Source: a virus (taxonomy: Duplodnaviria; Caudoviricetes). From it: a stretch of 50,862 bases of DNA. The stretch is taken from positions 1-50,862 of the IMG/VR virus record IMGVR_UViG_3300031566_000057, one strand, 5' to 3'. Below the pieces are notes generated by a model that saw only the letters and a program-made list of their open reading frames with translations, had not been told where the DNA came from and did no database searches. This document shows positions 9,756 through 18,992 of the stretch, piece by piece. The number at the start of each line of letters is the position of its first letter. Position 1 is the first letter of the stretch. The translations under genes were made by a program, and so were the position numbers.

Positions 9756-12700
9756 CCCAAAAGACCAATGGGAGTATTCGGCGGGGCGTCTCCTCAAACC
9801 GGAGACGTTTGACAAGCGGTTCTTCGTCACGACCCCCGGGCAGACGAGCATCGTGGATGTGGCGCGGGAGAAGTATGGACTTGTCCCGACGGACTCTATC
9901 CTCGATGTCGCCTATGAGAAGTATGGGTTGGTCCCCAAGGGGGGAAGACCTAAGACGGCTGCCGAGAAGGGCATTCTCTCGTCCTTCGGCCACGCCTTCG
10001 CGCGCCGCGCTATCGGCATGGTCGGGGCCTTGGCTCGGAGTGGCGCAAGAGAAACCCGGTTACTGCTGGCAGATCCCGAGGGGATGTTCGATCCGATCAG
10101 CGAATGGTCGGAGGAGACCCTTAGAGCGAATCCCCAGTGGGAGACCGGGAAGCCGGAAGCGATCCTCGATACCCTTACCAATCCTGCGGCTATCGCAGAC
10201 TTCATAGGCGAGCAACTCCCCTTCTACATGGGCGCTGCTGGTGCTGGGATAGCCGGTGGCCTCGCCGCCGGGCCGAGGGGTGCTACGGGTGCTGTTGTCG
10301 GCTTTACCGCTGCCGTTGAATCGGACGAACTTTATCAGGACCTCCGCAGTAGTGGTATCCCAGACAGTGACGCTCGCACAGCCGCCAACATCCACGGTGT
10401 TGTTGCCGGGCTGATCGAGAGCGTCCAGGTCTCTGAAACCCTTCGTTTGGCAGGCGTGAACCCGAGGCGCTTCACCTTGGGAGTGTTCCGCAGGGCGATG
10501 GCGCGGATGCCGAAGGGCGGGTCGATAGCGGCAGACGTGTTGTTGACGAGTTTTCGGGAGGGCGGGGAAGAGGTTCTCCAAGGCATATCCCGCGATATGA
10601 TGCAGAAGTACATGACCGAAGGAACCTGGGATGCTCTGTCTCAACTGGGGGATGAGGACTTCTGGAACCGCCGGGTCCAGGAAGGGATTGCGGGGTTCGG
10701 TGCTGGTCTGCTCTTGGGTGGACCCGCTGCCGCCATAGGTGTGATGCAGAAGCAAGAAGCCCAGCCCGAGTTGCCCCCGCCCGAACTGGCCGGAGCGGAA
10801 TGGCGCACAGAAGCGCTCCCCGACATCCCGGAACAAGTCAAGGCCGAAGTGGCTGCGGAGCCCGTCGTTGCGCCCGCAGAAGTCCAAGTAAAGGCCCCTG
10901 AGCCCCAAGTAGAAGCTCCTGATGTCCAAGTAGCTCCAATCCCCGCAGAAGCCAAGCCTACTGTCACCCAGAAAGCCAAGGCAGTCAGGGAAGCCAAGAA
11001 GACTGCCCATGAGGTAGCCAAGGAGGCCAAGAAGCGGGTAGAGGCTGAAACTGGTAAGCCGATGATCCTGCGGGACGTGACTTCGCATATCAACGAGGCC
11101 CTGAAAACTCTTGGTCTGACTCGCAAGGACATCACAATCAAATGGACGAATAAGGCCAGCGACATCAGCGCGGTGGGCAATACAATTACGCTTCCTGGCG
11201 TATTGCGTGGAGACAAACGACAGCTAGTTCGCAGCGTGGCACACGAAGCGAAGCACGTGCAACTCACCAAGACAGGAGAAGGGTTCGATCTGTCGGCAGA
11301 AGCGATTGAGACACTGGCCCGCCAAGCTGAAGATGTAGCCGAACAGAAACTCTTCGGCTCGCTGGAGGCCAAGAAGCGGGTAGAGGCTGCGCCGAAGAAA
11401 TATCTTCCGTCTGGGCTGTCTGAAGAAGCCACCAAGTTCAACACCGATGCTGACGCCTTGGAGGGTTACGCCTGGCGGCTCATGGGCGCAAAGGAGTTTG
11501 AGAGGCTCCAGGCCGGCGAGAAGGTCTACGGGGGTAAGGCTGCCGGTAAAGGCAACTTCCTTGCGCCAACTCCCCAGTCAGCCGCACAGTACAAGGCCAA
11601 AGGTAAAGTCTTGGTCGAGTTCGCCGGTGTGGAGATGGCTGAGGGGGAGACGGTTTCCAACAAGGTCGGATTGCCCAACGTCACCAGCGCCAAGCGATGG
11701 ACGGGAACGGAATGGGCGGCTGTTACTCCAGCAGAGGTCGCAGAACGCGATGTCAAAGCACCCGCAGAGGGGAAGCGACCGTGGCAACTAACACGTACCG
11801 AATACTATGCATTACGCGCCAAGCGGAAAGACACCGGGATTGGCGTAGGCTATTACGCTGGTGATGTCCACGCTCTCGCCAAGCGCCATGAAGCATCGGT
11901 TCGTGCGGCCGTCTCGCGCGGGCAACCCGTATCGTTGGAGGTGTTGGAGGATTACCGCGGCAAGGCGTGGGCGCATGCTGCGATTGTTGCACTCGAAGCC
12001 CCCGCTGAGGTCACAAAGCCTGAAGCAGAGGGCAAGCAGCCGTGGGAGATGACAGTAAAGGAACTAGACGCTGCTATTGGAGAGTCGAGCGAATCGAGGC
12101 GCGCGAGCGGCATAGAGCCGTGGATGGTGACGAAGCAGCAGGCGATAGATTACTGGCGGCTTCGGAATAAGAAAACCAAACAGAACAAGACCCACCTCGG
12201 CGGAGATCCAACAAAGACCCGCCCCGTAGAATTTATACATCTACGTGCCATCAAAGATGCCGTTGCTGAAGGCAAGCCCGTCCCCCGCTCTGTTCTCCAG
12301 GACTACGTGGGCGAGAAGTGGGCCGACGAAGCCCTTGCTCGGAAGCCAGCCCCGGCTGTCACAGCTCCTGTCACACCTACTGTCACAGAACAGGGGGAGT
12401 TGCAGGAAGCATACCAAGAGGCAGAGAAGACCGTCGAGGAGGTCAAGGCCAAGCCCCGGAAGCGCTTTGTCTCCGACGACGCTATGAACACGGCGGCGGA
12501 GAACATCAAGAAGAAACTCGGCAGCCTTCATATTGGTATCGACCCGACCATTCTCAAGGACATGGCCGTCTACGGTGTCGGTCTGGTCGAACGAGGTGCA
12601 ACTGAGTTTGCCGAATGGGCTGCGGAGATGGTCCGTGGGTTGGGAGAGTTCGTTGGACCTCACTTACAAGACATCTGGAAGCACATCCAGGCAGGCACGG

Positions 12701-14937
12701 TAGAACAAGCCCATGCCAGCATCGACCGGGCCATGGCGACCGGAGAAGTCACCAGCATCAAGAACGCGGCGGTGGATCAGGAGCGGGCCATTCTCGGACT
12801 CGGACCCGCAACCCACGGAGAAGCCGTTGAGTTTCAGACTGAGATAGACAAGGCACACGCCGACCCCGACAACCCCGTTAAGACTCGGAGACTCGTAGCG
12901 GAACTCCTCGGGCGGCCTCGACCGTTAGATGCGCAGGAAGATGCTGTTCTCTTCGTGGAACAGCGCCGTCTGACGACGGATGCCAGTAAACTCCGCGCGG
13001 ACTATATACAGGCCACGGAAGTCGGGCAGCAGGACCGTGCTTCTACTGCTGCACGGGTGCTGGAGCGGGTCGAGAAGGACCTGGAAGACCTCGGGGCCGC
13101 AGCCACACTCGCCGGGACCAAAAGCGCTCAAGGGCTCGCCATGCGGCGGGTGCTGGTCAAGGGGGACTACAGCCTCCTTACGATGACCCGCAAGGCGCGA
13201 ATGGCCCAGGGGGGCAAGGAGCTGTCCGAGAAGCAGGCCGCCGAGATCAAGGAACTCCACAACCAGCTCGCGGAAACCAACCGGCAACTGGGTCTGAGGC
13301 AGTCTGAGCTGGACCGGCGGGAAGCGAAGCGCAAGCCAACACCCCGGAACCGCCTCTTCACCAGGGCGAACAAGGACGCCGCCGTGCGTCGTATTCGGGA
13401 GAAGCTGGGTCGAGTCTCCGTGGGTGTCGATCCCACCATCCTCGCCGACATGACGATTGTGGGGGGCTACTACGTCGAGGCTGGGTTGAGGAACTTCGGG
13501 ATGTGGTCGGCCAAGATGATCTCCGATCTTGGGGAAAGCGCCAAGCCGCACCTGCGGGCTGTATGGGACAGGGTTCACGAAGAGCTGGACACGGCCCGCC
13601 GGGAGAAGAAGGAAGCCCGTCTCCAGCGTGGGATTGCCACGTATGAGGAACGATTGGCCCAGGGGGACTTCGAGACTCGGACCCGCGCACCTATCATCCA
13701 TGATGCGAAGGGCCGGAAGCTCCAATATGAGTACGACAGGGCTCGGTCCAAGTTCCATGAAGCCGTCCTTCGCTATCGGCGGAAGAACATGAGCCTCGCC
13801 GGGAAGGCCCTTGGTGCGGGGGCGGAGGTCATCAACACGACCCGCGCGCTGGTTACCAGTGTTGACGTATCCGCCGTGGGGAGGCAGGGGCTGTTCGCCG
13901 CGCTCTCTCACCCCATTATGACGCTCAAGAACTTCCCGCCCATGTTGCGGGCCATGCTCTCCGAGAAGAGGCGTCACGCCGTTGACTATGAGATCCTCCA
14001 GCGCCCGAACGCCGCGCTCTACAAGCGGGCGGGGTTGGCCCTGACCGAGCGGGGTAGTTCTCTGGCGAAGATGGAAGAGGAGTACATGAGCCGGTGGGCG
14101 CAGAAGATCCCCTGGGTTGCGGCGTCGGAACGTGCTTTTTCCACCTTCCTTAACCGGATGCGCGCGGACCTGTTCGATAGCTTGGTTGCTTCGCTGGGGC
14201 GCAACGGCGGTCAGGATATGACGCTAAACGAGGCCAAGGCCCTCGCCTTCTACGTGAACTGCTCCACTGGCCGGGGGTCTCTGGGCAAGCACGATTCAGC
14301 CCTGGTGACGCTCAACACGCTATTCTTCGCCCCTCGCCTGTTGGCCAGCCGGGTGCAGTATATCACCGGCGCTCCTCTCATGAGGGGGACGTGGCGGACC
14401 CGTCGCCTGCTGGCAAAGGAGTACGCCAAGTTCCTGATCGGGGTTGGTACGGTCTATGCCCTGTCGAGCATGATAGGAAGGCCCCCGGAGGACGACCCTC
14501 GGTCGAGCGAGTTCGGCAAGTTCCGGGTGGGTGATACAAGAATCGACCCCATGGGCGGCCTCTTACAGGTTCTTGTGTTCGGCACTCGGCTGATTACGGG
14601 CGAAACCAAGACCGGCAGGGGCAAGATTCATCCGATCCGCGGGGATGTCCCTTATGGTCGAGACGATGCGGCGGATGTGATATGGCGCTTCGTCCGGTCC
14701 AAGTTCGCCCCTGCCCCCAGCACGGTCGTCAACTTGCTCTCCGGGGAGAATGTGGTCGGCGAGCCCGCAACCGCAACCAGTCAGGCTGCACAACTGACGA
14801 TTCCTTTCAGCGTTCGGGATACTTACGAGGCCATGATCTCGGAAGGTGCGGGCAAGGGCTTGGCCCTGGGGATGCTGGCCGTTCTCGGGGTGGGGCTGCA
14901 AACGTACACGCAGAAGAAATCCAGGAAGCATAAATAG
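9745..14937 (+). CDS. Large ejection/polyvalent protein with zincin-like HExxH domain and internal repeats
   Basis: 1730 aa; Gly/Ala hydrophobic N-region, VAHEAKH, PW(Q/E/M)xT repeats, duplicated GxDPTIL.DM domain. Confidence 0.65.
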   Translation: MPTDPKDQWEYSAGRLLKPETFDKRFFVTTPGQTSIVDVAREKYGLVPTDSILDVAYEKYGLVPKGGRPKTAAEKGILSSFGHAFARRAIGMVGALARSGARETRLLLADPEGMFDPISEWSEETLRANPQWETGKPEAILDTLTNPAAIADFIGEQLPFYMGAAGAGIAGGLAAGPRGATGAVVGFTAAVESDELYQDLRSSGIPDSDARTAANIHGVVAGLIESVQVSETLRLAGVNPRRFTLGVFRRAMARMPKGGSIAADVLLTSFREGGEEVLQGISRDMMQKYMTEGTWDALSQLGDEDFWNRRVQEGIAGFGAGLLLGGPAAAIGVMQKQEAQPELPPPELAGAEWRTEALPDIPEQVKAEVAAEPVVAPAEVQVKAPEPQVEAPDVQVAPIPAEAKPTVTQKAKAVREAKKTAHEVAKEAKKRVEAETGKPMILRDVTSHINEALKTLGLTRKDITIKWTNKASDISAVGNTITLPGVLRGDKRQLVRSVAHEAKHVQLTKTGEGFDLSAEAIETLARQAEDVAEQKLFGSLEAKKRVEAAPKKYLPSGLSEEATKFNTDADALEGYAWRLMGAKEFERLQAGEKVYGGKAAGKGNFLAPTPQSAAQYKAKGKVLVEFAGVEMAEGETVSNKVGLPNVTSAKRWTGTEWAAVTPAEVAERDVKAPAEGKRPWQLTRTEYYALRAKRKDTGIGVGYYAGDVHALAKRHEASVRAAVSRGQPVSLEVLEDYRGKAWAHAAIVALEAPAEVTKPEAEGKQPWEMTVKELDAAIGESSESRRASGIEPWMVTKQQAIDYWRLRNKKTKQNKTHLGGDPTKTRPVEFIHLRAIKDAVAEGKPVPRSVLQDYVGEKWADEALARKPAPAVTAPVTPTVTEQGELQEAYQEAEKTVEEVKAKPRKRFVSDDAMNTAAENIKKKLGSLHIGIDPTILKDMAVYGVGLVERGATEFAEWAAEMVRGLGEFVGPHLQDIWKHIQAGTVEQAHASIDRAMATGEVTSIKNAAVDQERAILGLGPATHGEAVEFQTEIDKAHADPDNPVKTRRLVAELLGRPRPLDAQEDAVLFVEQRRLTTDASKLRADYIQATEVGQQDRASTAARVLERVEKDLEDLGAAATLAGTKSAQGLAMRRVLVKGDYSLLTMTRKARMAQGGKELSEKQAAEIKELHNQLAETNRQLGLRQSELDRREAKRKPTPRNRLFTRANKDAAVRRIREKLGRVSVGVDPTILADMTIVGGYYVEAGLRNFGMWSAKMISDLGESAKPHLRAVWDRVHEELDTARREKKEARLQRGIATYEERLAQGDFETRTRAPIIHDAKGRKLQYEYDRARSKFHEAVLRYRRKNMSLAGKALGAGAEVINTTRALVTSVDVSAVGRQGLFAALSHPIMTLKNFPPMLRAMLSEKRRHAVDYEILQRPNAALYKRAGLALTERGSSLAKMEEEYMSRWAQKIPWVAASERAFSTFLNRMRADLFDSLVASLGRNGGQDMTLNEAKALAFYVNCSTGRGSLGKHDSALVTLNTLFFAPRLLASRVQYITGAPLMRGTWRTRRLLAKEYAKFLIGVGTVYALSSMIGRPPEDDPRSSEFGKFRVGDTRIDPMGGLLQVLVFGTRLITGETKTGRGKIHPIRGDVPYGRDDAADVIWRFVRSKFAPAPSTVVNLLSGENVVGEPATATSQAAQLTIPFSVRDTYEAMISEGAGKGLALGMLAVLGVGLQTYTQKKSRKHK

Positions 14938-14946
14938 GGGAACACC

Positions 14947-15222
14947 ATGTCCGACGAGGATTTCCGAAGTATCTGTCACGCGGTCAAAGACATCGCAGTG
15001 AGACATGCGGAGATGGGGGAGCACCTGAAGGGCATGGATGAGAAGCTGGACAACATCGGTAAAGCGGTCTTGGGGAACGGGGACACGAAGAACTCCCTGA
15101 CCTCCCGCGTGACTGCCTTGGAGACGACGCATACGAACGCGCAGCAACACGGTGATCGCTGGTGGAAGATTGCCTCTGTGGTGATCGCAGGGGTCGCCGT
15201 ACTAATAGCAGTAGTGGGATAG
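14947..15222 (+). CDS. Coiled-coil protein with C-terminal TM helix, lysis region
   Basis: WWKIASVVIAGVAVLIAVVG C-terminal anchor. Confidence 0.55.
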   Translation: MSDEDFRSICHAVKDIAVRHAEMGEHLKGMDEKLDNIGKAVLGNGDTKNSLTSRVTALETTHTNAQQHGDRWWKIASVVIAGVAVLIAVVG

Positions 15223-15232
15223 GAGACACACA

Positions 15233-15541
15233 ATGGCAACGGAAGAGAAACAAGATCCTGGTGTGAAGACGAGTGAGTGGTGGACTTCCCTGATAGTGAT
15301 GGTCACGGCCATGCTGCCTGCGGTGGTGGCGGTGGTTTCGGGCTACGCCTGGGCGGGGGCCGCGTTCGGCGTGATCGCGGTGGTTGCCCCGACCGTCTAC
15401 ATCATCGGAAGGGCCTGGCTGAAGGCGGAAAGGGCCAAGCAGATCGACTTCATCCCCGAGGTGTGGGAAGATCGTCTTGACGGATTGTTCGTCCTGGTCG
15501 AACAACTGGCGGAACAAGTCAAGGCGAAGAAGGCTGAGTAA
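15233..15541 (+). CDS. Putative holin
   Basis: PGVKTSEWW start, two TM helices, YIIGRAWLK, charged tail. Confidence 0.65.
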   Translation: MATEEKQDPGVKTSEWWTSLIVMVTAMLPAVVAVVSGYAWAGAAFGVIAVVAPTVYIIGRAWLKAERAKQIDFIPEVWEDRLDGLFVLVEQLAEQVKAKKAE

Positions 15542-15768
15542 TGGCGACCTACGACAAGGTGAACAGAGAGTTGGTCCCGTGTTTTGACCTTCGCCACATA
15601 CCGCCCGATGTTACAGAGGCGTGTATCGACCTTGGGATTTCCATGCACTATGAGAACGCGCTGGCGCGCGTGGGCGAGGAAGATGATGACGTACTCGTTG
15701 AATGGCTCAAGGCGCAGGGCGTGGAGTTCAAGAACGGGGTGGCTCACTTTGGCATCTGGGTGGATTGA
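15541..15768 (+). CDS. Hypothetical protein
   Basis: Coupled to the holin by TAATG. Confidence 0.55.
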   Translation: MATYDKVNRELVPCFDLRHIPPDVTEACIDLGISMHYENALARVGEEDDDVLVEWLKAQGVEFKNGVAHFGIWVD

Positions 15769-15771
15769 CTA

Positions 15772-15966
15772 ATGGCGGCCTGGCTTCCAATACTTGGCGG
15801 TCTACTCTCCATCGCGGGGATGCTCTTGACGTGGTGGCTCTCTACCCGGCCCGAAAGGAAAGAGAAGGCACGGAGGAAGGAAAATGCGGAGATTGACGCT
15901 GCTGTTCGTTCTGGCAACGAGCGTTTTGTTGCTGACTGGCTGCGGGACAAGCGCGCAGAGCGTTGA
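15772..15966 (+). CDS. Putative i-spanin (Rz-like)
   Basis: N-terminal TM helix then charged helix; overlapped by a lipoprotein gene. Confidence 0.55.
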   Translation: MAAWLPILGGLLSIAGMLLTWWLSTRPERKEKARRKENAEIDAAVRSGNERFVADWLRDKRAER

Positions 15967-16177
15967 CCCGGAACTCCAAGGCATCGCCCAGTGGCTTGAC
16001 GACGGCTACTTTATTCCCACGGCCACCGCGAACGCGATTTGGCATGAACCCGACGAGGCCAAGCGGAAGGATCTCTTCGTGATGAACGCGAAGCTCATCC
16101 AGAAGAAGTGGGCCATCGACCGCGAGAGCCTGATCTGGCTGATGCAAGAGGCCGCGAAGGGCAGGCAGATACCATGA
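15884..16177 (+). CDS. Putative o-spanin lipoprotein (Rz1-like)
   Basis: Signal peptide with lipobox LLTG-C; overlaps preceding gene in another frame. Confidence 0.6.
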   Translation: MRRLTLLFVLATSVLLLTGCGTSAQSVDPELQGIAQWLDDGYFIPTATANAIWHEPDEAKRKDLFVMNAKLIQKKWAIDRESLIWLMQEAAKGRQIP

Positions 16178-16419
16178 GGCTCTTGAAGCGGCACATCGGC
16201 CTTCCCCTCAAGGTCTTGGTCTGGGACCACACGGAGAATGTGGGCGCGGCGGTTGTCTGCGAGGTCTACGGGAAGCTCATCGCCTTTGATGGCAAGACAA
16301 TCACCCTCTGGGCCTGGAGCGTCCCGAGCGAACCCACCGTAAAGGGCGCGCGAACCGAGTTTGTGCTGCTGAGACAGACCGTGAAGCGAGGTGGGATAAT
16401 TCCACTGATCCCTGAGTAG
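16174..16419 (+). CDS. Hypothetical phage protein
   Basis: ATGA coupling; ends just before the terminator. Confidence 0.55.
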   Translation: MRLLKRHIGLPLKVLVWDHTENVGAAVVCEVYGKLIAFDGKTITLWAWSVPSEPTVKGARTEFVLLRQTVKRGGIIPLIPE

Positions 16420-16439
16420 AACCCCCGACTGACCTGATG

Positions 16440-16470
16440 CCCCGTTCCCGAAAGGGAGCGGGGTTCTTTT
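16440..16470 (+). terminator. Intrinsic terminator ending the late operon
   Basis: CCCCGTTCCC-GAAA-GGGAGCGGGG then TTCTTTT. Confidence 0.85.
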
Positions 16471-16535
16471 ACGCGCTGATTGTCAAGCCTAACCCCTCTC
16501 ATTGTAAAGCGCGGTTTCACCAAGCGGTGAATGCC

Positions 16536-17363
16536 CTACAGCCGGTTGACGGCCTCCCTGCCAAACTCAGGAGACAGGTGCGCGTAGTATTTCTCGGTCA
16601 TCGTGATACTGGAGTGGCCCAGGAGCTTGGAAACAACGCCTATCCTCTCCCCCCTGGCGACTAACAGGCTGGCGAAAGTCCGTCTCAGGTCCCTCCAGCC
16701 CCCGCCCGCCCTTGCCATCTTGGGTATCTGCCGCTTCATGTCTACCAGCATCCTGCCCCACGTCCTCTCCGACAATCCCCCGAAGATCCTATCCTCAGGG
16801 TCCCCAGGTCCCAGGCGGGCCAGCAAGGCCCCTAGCCGGGGGTGTACAGGCACCGAACGGACTAGACCGGTCTTGGTAGCCTCATGGGTGCCAAAGACCA
16901 GCACAGGCCCCCTGGATGTCTCTTGCAGCGAACTCCAGCGGAGGTTCCTGATCTCGCTCATGCGCCCTCCAGTCAGCAAGGCAGCCAAGGCAGGTGGGCA
17001 GGTCTGCTCCGCGATCTCCAGGGCCTTTGCGAACTCCGCATCAGTCAGGTAGATGATGGCTTTTCTCACCACTTTCGGCCTCTCCATTCTCTTGGCGGGG
17101 TCTGTGGACAGTTGGTTTCTGGAAATGAGCCAGCCGGCGAACCGGGCGATCATGTCGAACTTATGGCGTAACGTCTGGCGGGACATGCCTTTGTCTTCCT
17201 GACAGGCAAGGTAGTGGTCGATTGCTTCGGGGGTGATGTCAGAGGCCATGTAAACCCCGGCGCTGGAGACAAAATCCTCCAGAACCCGGATTTTCTGCGT
17301 GAGATGACGGGGGCAGTTTCGTCCCCTCTCGCTATCCTTGAAACGGGCGATCAGCGTTACCAC
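16536..17363 (-). CDS. int: Tyrosine recombinase/integrase (start uncertain: GTG 17363 or ATG 17510)
   Basis: TGGRMSEI, ATKTG, RDLRRTFAS, LGHSSITMTEKYYAH. Confidence 0.9.
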   Translation of the reverse strand: MVTLIARFKDSERGRNCPRHLTQKIRVLEDFVSSAGVYMASDITPEAIDHYLACQEDKGMSRQTLRHKFDMIARFAGWLISRNQLSTDPAKRMERPKVVRKAIIYLTDAEFAKALEIAEQTCPPALAALLTGGRMSEIRNLRWSSLQETSRGPVLVFGTHEATKTGLVRSVPVHPRLGALLARLGPGDPEDRIFGGLSERTWGRMLVDMKRQIPKMARAGGGWRDLRRTFASLLVARGERIGVVSKLLGHSSITMTEKYYAHLSPEFGREAVNRL

Positions 17364-17462
17364 AGGAACCCCAGGCCCCGACCCCGGCTGATCGGAGTAT
17401 CGGCCTCCCCCGGACTGACTTGAATGGAAAGCGAGATTGCCGAAAGTTTTTTTGGTTTCCGG

Positions 17463-17491
17463 TTGACTTGGGGGGATTGGCTGCCGATAAT
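17463..17491 (+). promoter_or_regulatory. sigma70 promoter of rightward early operon
   Basis: TTGACT-17 bp-GATAAT, T-tract upstream, inverted repeat GCTTCATGG/CCATGAAGC just downstream. Confidence 0.8.
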
Positions 17492-17548
17492 GAAGGGTAA
17501 CAGGCTTCATGGCATCAGCCCATGAAGCTGAAGACAAAGGAATTCGCC

Positions 17549-17830
17549 ATGAGCACAACTTGCAGAGCGGACAAACGGCGGCGGGCGGCTAGGGTTTCGG
17601 CGGATTCCTCTAGCCTGCCCGCTGCTTTTGTAGCGGCCGGGGCAGGGACACGGAGAGTTGAGACTGGGCACGGCTGCCCGCCCCGGCTGCGTGTAGTCCT
17701 GTGGCGTGGTCACTACCTGATAACCCGAGGACATCTGACTCCTCTCGGGCATCCTGCCGGGCCGCCCCCTTACTTCCATAGCGGCATGTCTATTCTAGCA
17801 CTGACGGATAGCTTTGGCAAGGAGAACTGA
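17549..17830 (+). CDS. Possible small leader protein overlapping structured RNA
   Basis: AAAGGA RBS; stop lies in the GGAGA(A)(C/T)TGAGCCATG junction shared with following genes. Confidence 0.35.
   Translation: MSTTCRADKRRRAARVSADSSSLPAAFVAAGAGTRRVETGHGCPPRLRVVLWRGHYLITRGHLTPLGHPAGPPPYFHSGMSILALTDSFGKEN
17578..17631 (+). terminator. Terminator-like hairpin in early leader
   Basis: GCGGCGGGC-GGCTAG...CTAGCC-T-GCCCGCTGC then TTTTGT. Confidence 0.55.
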
Positions 17831-17833
17831 GCC

Positions 17834-18082
17834 ATGCACATTCCCAGCCGGGCCGTTCTGCTGAAGTCCCACGATGATGGTCATCGCGTGGTGCGTTTAT
17901 GGGAACTCCGCCGTGGGTATCAAACAGGCGAGGAGGGCTGGTTTGTCGCGCCTGGGCGCTGGGTTGAAATCGTTGATGATGGTAAAGAGACCTGCCTGCG
18001 CTTTGCGGGGAACAGCCTGCATCGGGCTGAGCGCTATTATCAGGAACATGCCGACTACGACGCTGCGGTGAAGGGAGATTGA
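17834..18082 (+). CDS. Hypothetical early protein
   Basis: AAGGAG RBS. Confidence 0.6.
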   Translation: MHIPSRAVLLKSHDDGHRVVRLWELRRGYQTGEEGWFVAPGRWVEIVDDGKETCLRFAGNSLHRAERYYQEHADYDAAVKGD

Positions 18083-18085
18083 GCC

Positions 18086-18463
18086 ATGACACACGAAGAG
18101 AAGCACACTTGGCTTGCCTTGTTCGCATCACGCATCGGGGCCTGCCTGGACTTGGAAGCGGAGTGCGGGTTCGGTCGGGAATGCGTCGGCTTGACAACAG
18201 ACGGCAAGTTTCCCGACTTGCCGGAAGATTCAACGGTACCGTTACCGGACCACGCCTACCACAAGCACCCCTGCCTCGCTGTCCTGGGGAGAGGGGAAGA
18301 GGCCGAAGCTGAGTTGTACGACTGGTGCAGGGCGTTGGAGGCGGAGGGCTTCACAAAGATCATCGTGGAGCCGAACCCCGACTGGAAGGGGAAGGACGAT
18401 ATGATCGGCGCACTGTTCGGCAACCACCAGATTGTGCGACTCGCACGACCAGGGGGAGACTGA
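18086..18463 (+). CDS. Hypothetical early protein
   Basis: GGAG RBS in repeated junction motif. Confidence 0.65.
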   Translation: MTHEEKHTWLALFASRIGACLDLEAECGFGRECVGLTTDGKFPDLPEDSTVPLPDHAYHKHPCLAVLGRGEEAEAELYDWCRALEAEGFTKIIVEPNPDWKGKDDMIGALFGNHQIVRLARPGGD

Positions 18464-18466
18464 GCC

Positions 18467-18625
18467 ATGAGTGCATTCACAGACGAACTCGAACGGCTGG
18501 TCATCAAGCAGGTCCGCCAGGATATGGAGCATTTCCCGGAGTATGACGATGTCCGCGACGCGGCTAGGCGCAAGCTCGAAGACATGGCCGAGAAACTGTT
18601 CAAGCTGCTGACTGAGGAGAACTGA
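18467..18625 (+). CDS. Small helical hypothetical protein (52 aa, not in ORF track)
   Basis: MSAFTDELERLVIKQ...TEEN*; RBS and coupling at both ends. Confidence 0.6.
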   Translation: MSAFTDELERLVIKQVRQDMEHFPEYDDVRDAARRKLEDMAEKLFKLLTEEN

Positions 18626-18626
18626 C

Positions 18627-18992
18627 ATGAACGATGGTGGACCGGCATTTCCGATGCCAAGCGGACCAGAACCACAAGTCAACGCGGCCACTCACTTCAA
18701 TGAAGGCATGTCCCTCCGGGACTACCTCATCGCCCACGCGCCGCTGGTGCCTTACTGGTTTGACGTGGAAATGCCCACGCCCAAGCCCGAGCAGCAGATC
18801 ACGCCCGTTGGCGGGAACATGGTGGAAATCAAGGACGGTGGGCCCGCCTGGGAGAAAGACCGCGAGTGGCTCAGATGGACTCAATGGCCGATTGCCTGGG
18901 CCGACGCCATGCTCGCCGAGCGGGAGCAGCAGTCGCACAGTGACGCAACTTTCGCCGCCCAGCTTGAGGGCCAGAAGGAGAACAACCCATGA
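18627..18992 (+). CDS. Conserved phage protein of the DGGPAFP...GMSLRDY...ADAML family
   Basis: Recognisable motif set of a widespread small phage family. Confidence 0.7.
   Translation: MNDGGPAFPMPSGPEPQVNAATHFNEGMSLRDYLIAHAPLVPYWFDVEMPTPKPEQQITPVGGNMVEIKDGGPAWEKDREWLRWTQWPIAWADAMLAEREQQSHSDATFAAQLEGQKENNP

Noticed and set aside
10060-13977. Minus-strand ORFs of 267-350 aa within the giant gene
   Set aside because: No motifs or RBS; expected in high-GC coding DNA
16471-16535. attP site
   Set aside because: Position is plausible but no tRNA-like core or clear arm repeats are recognisable without the host sequence
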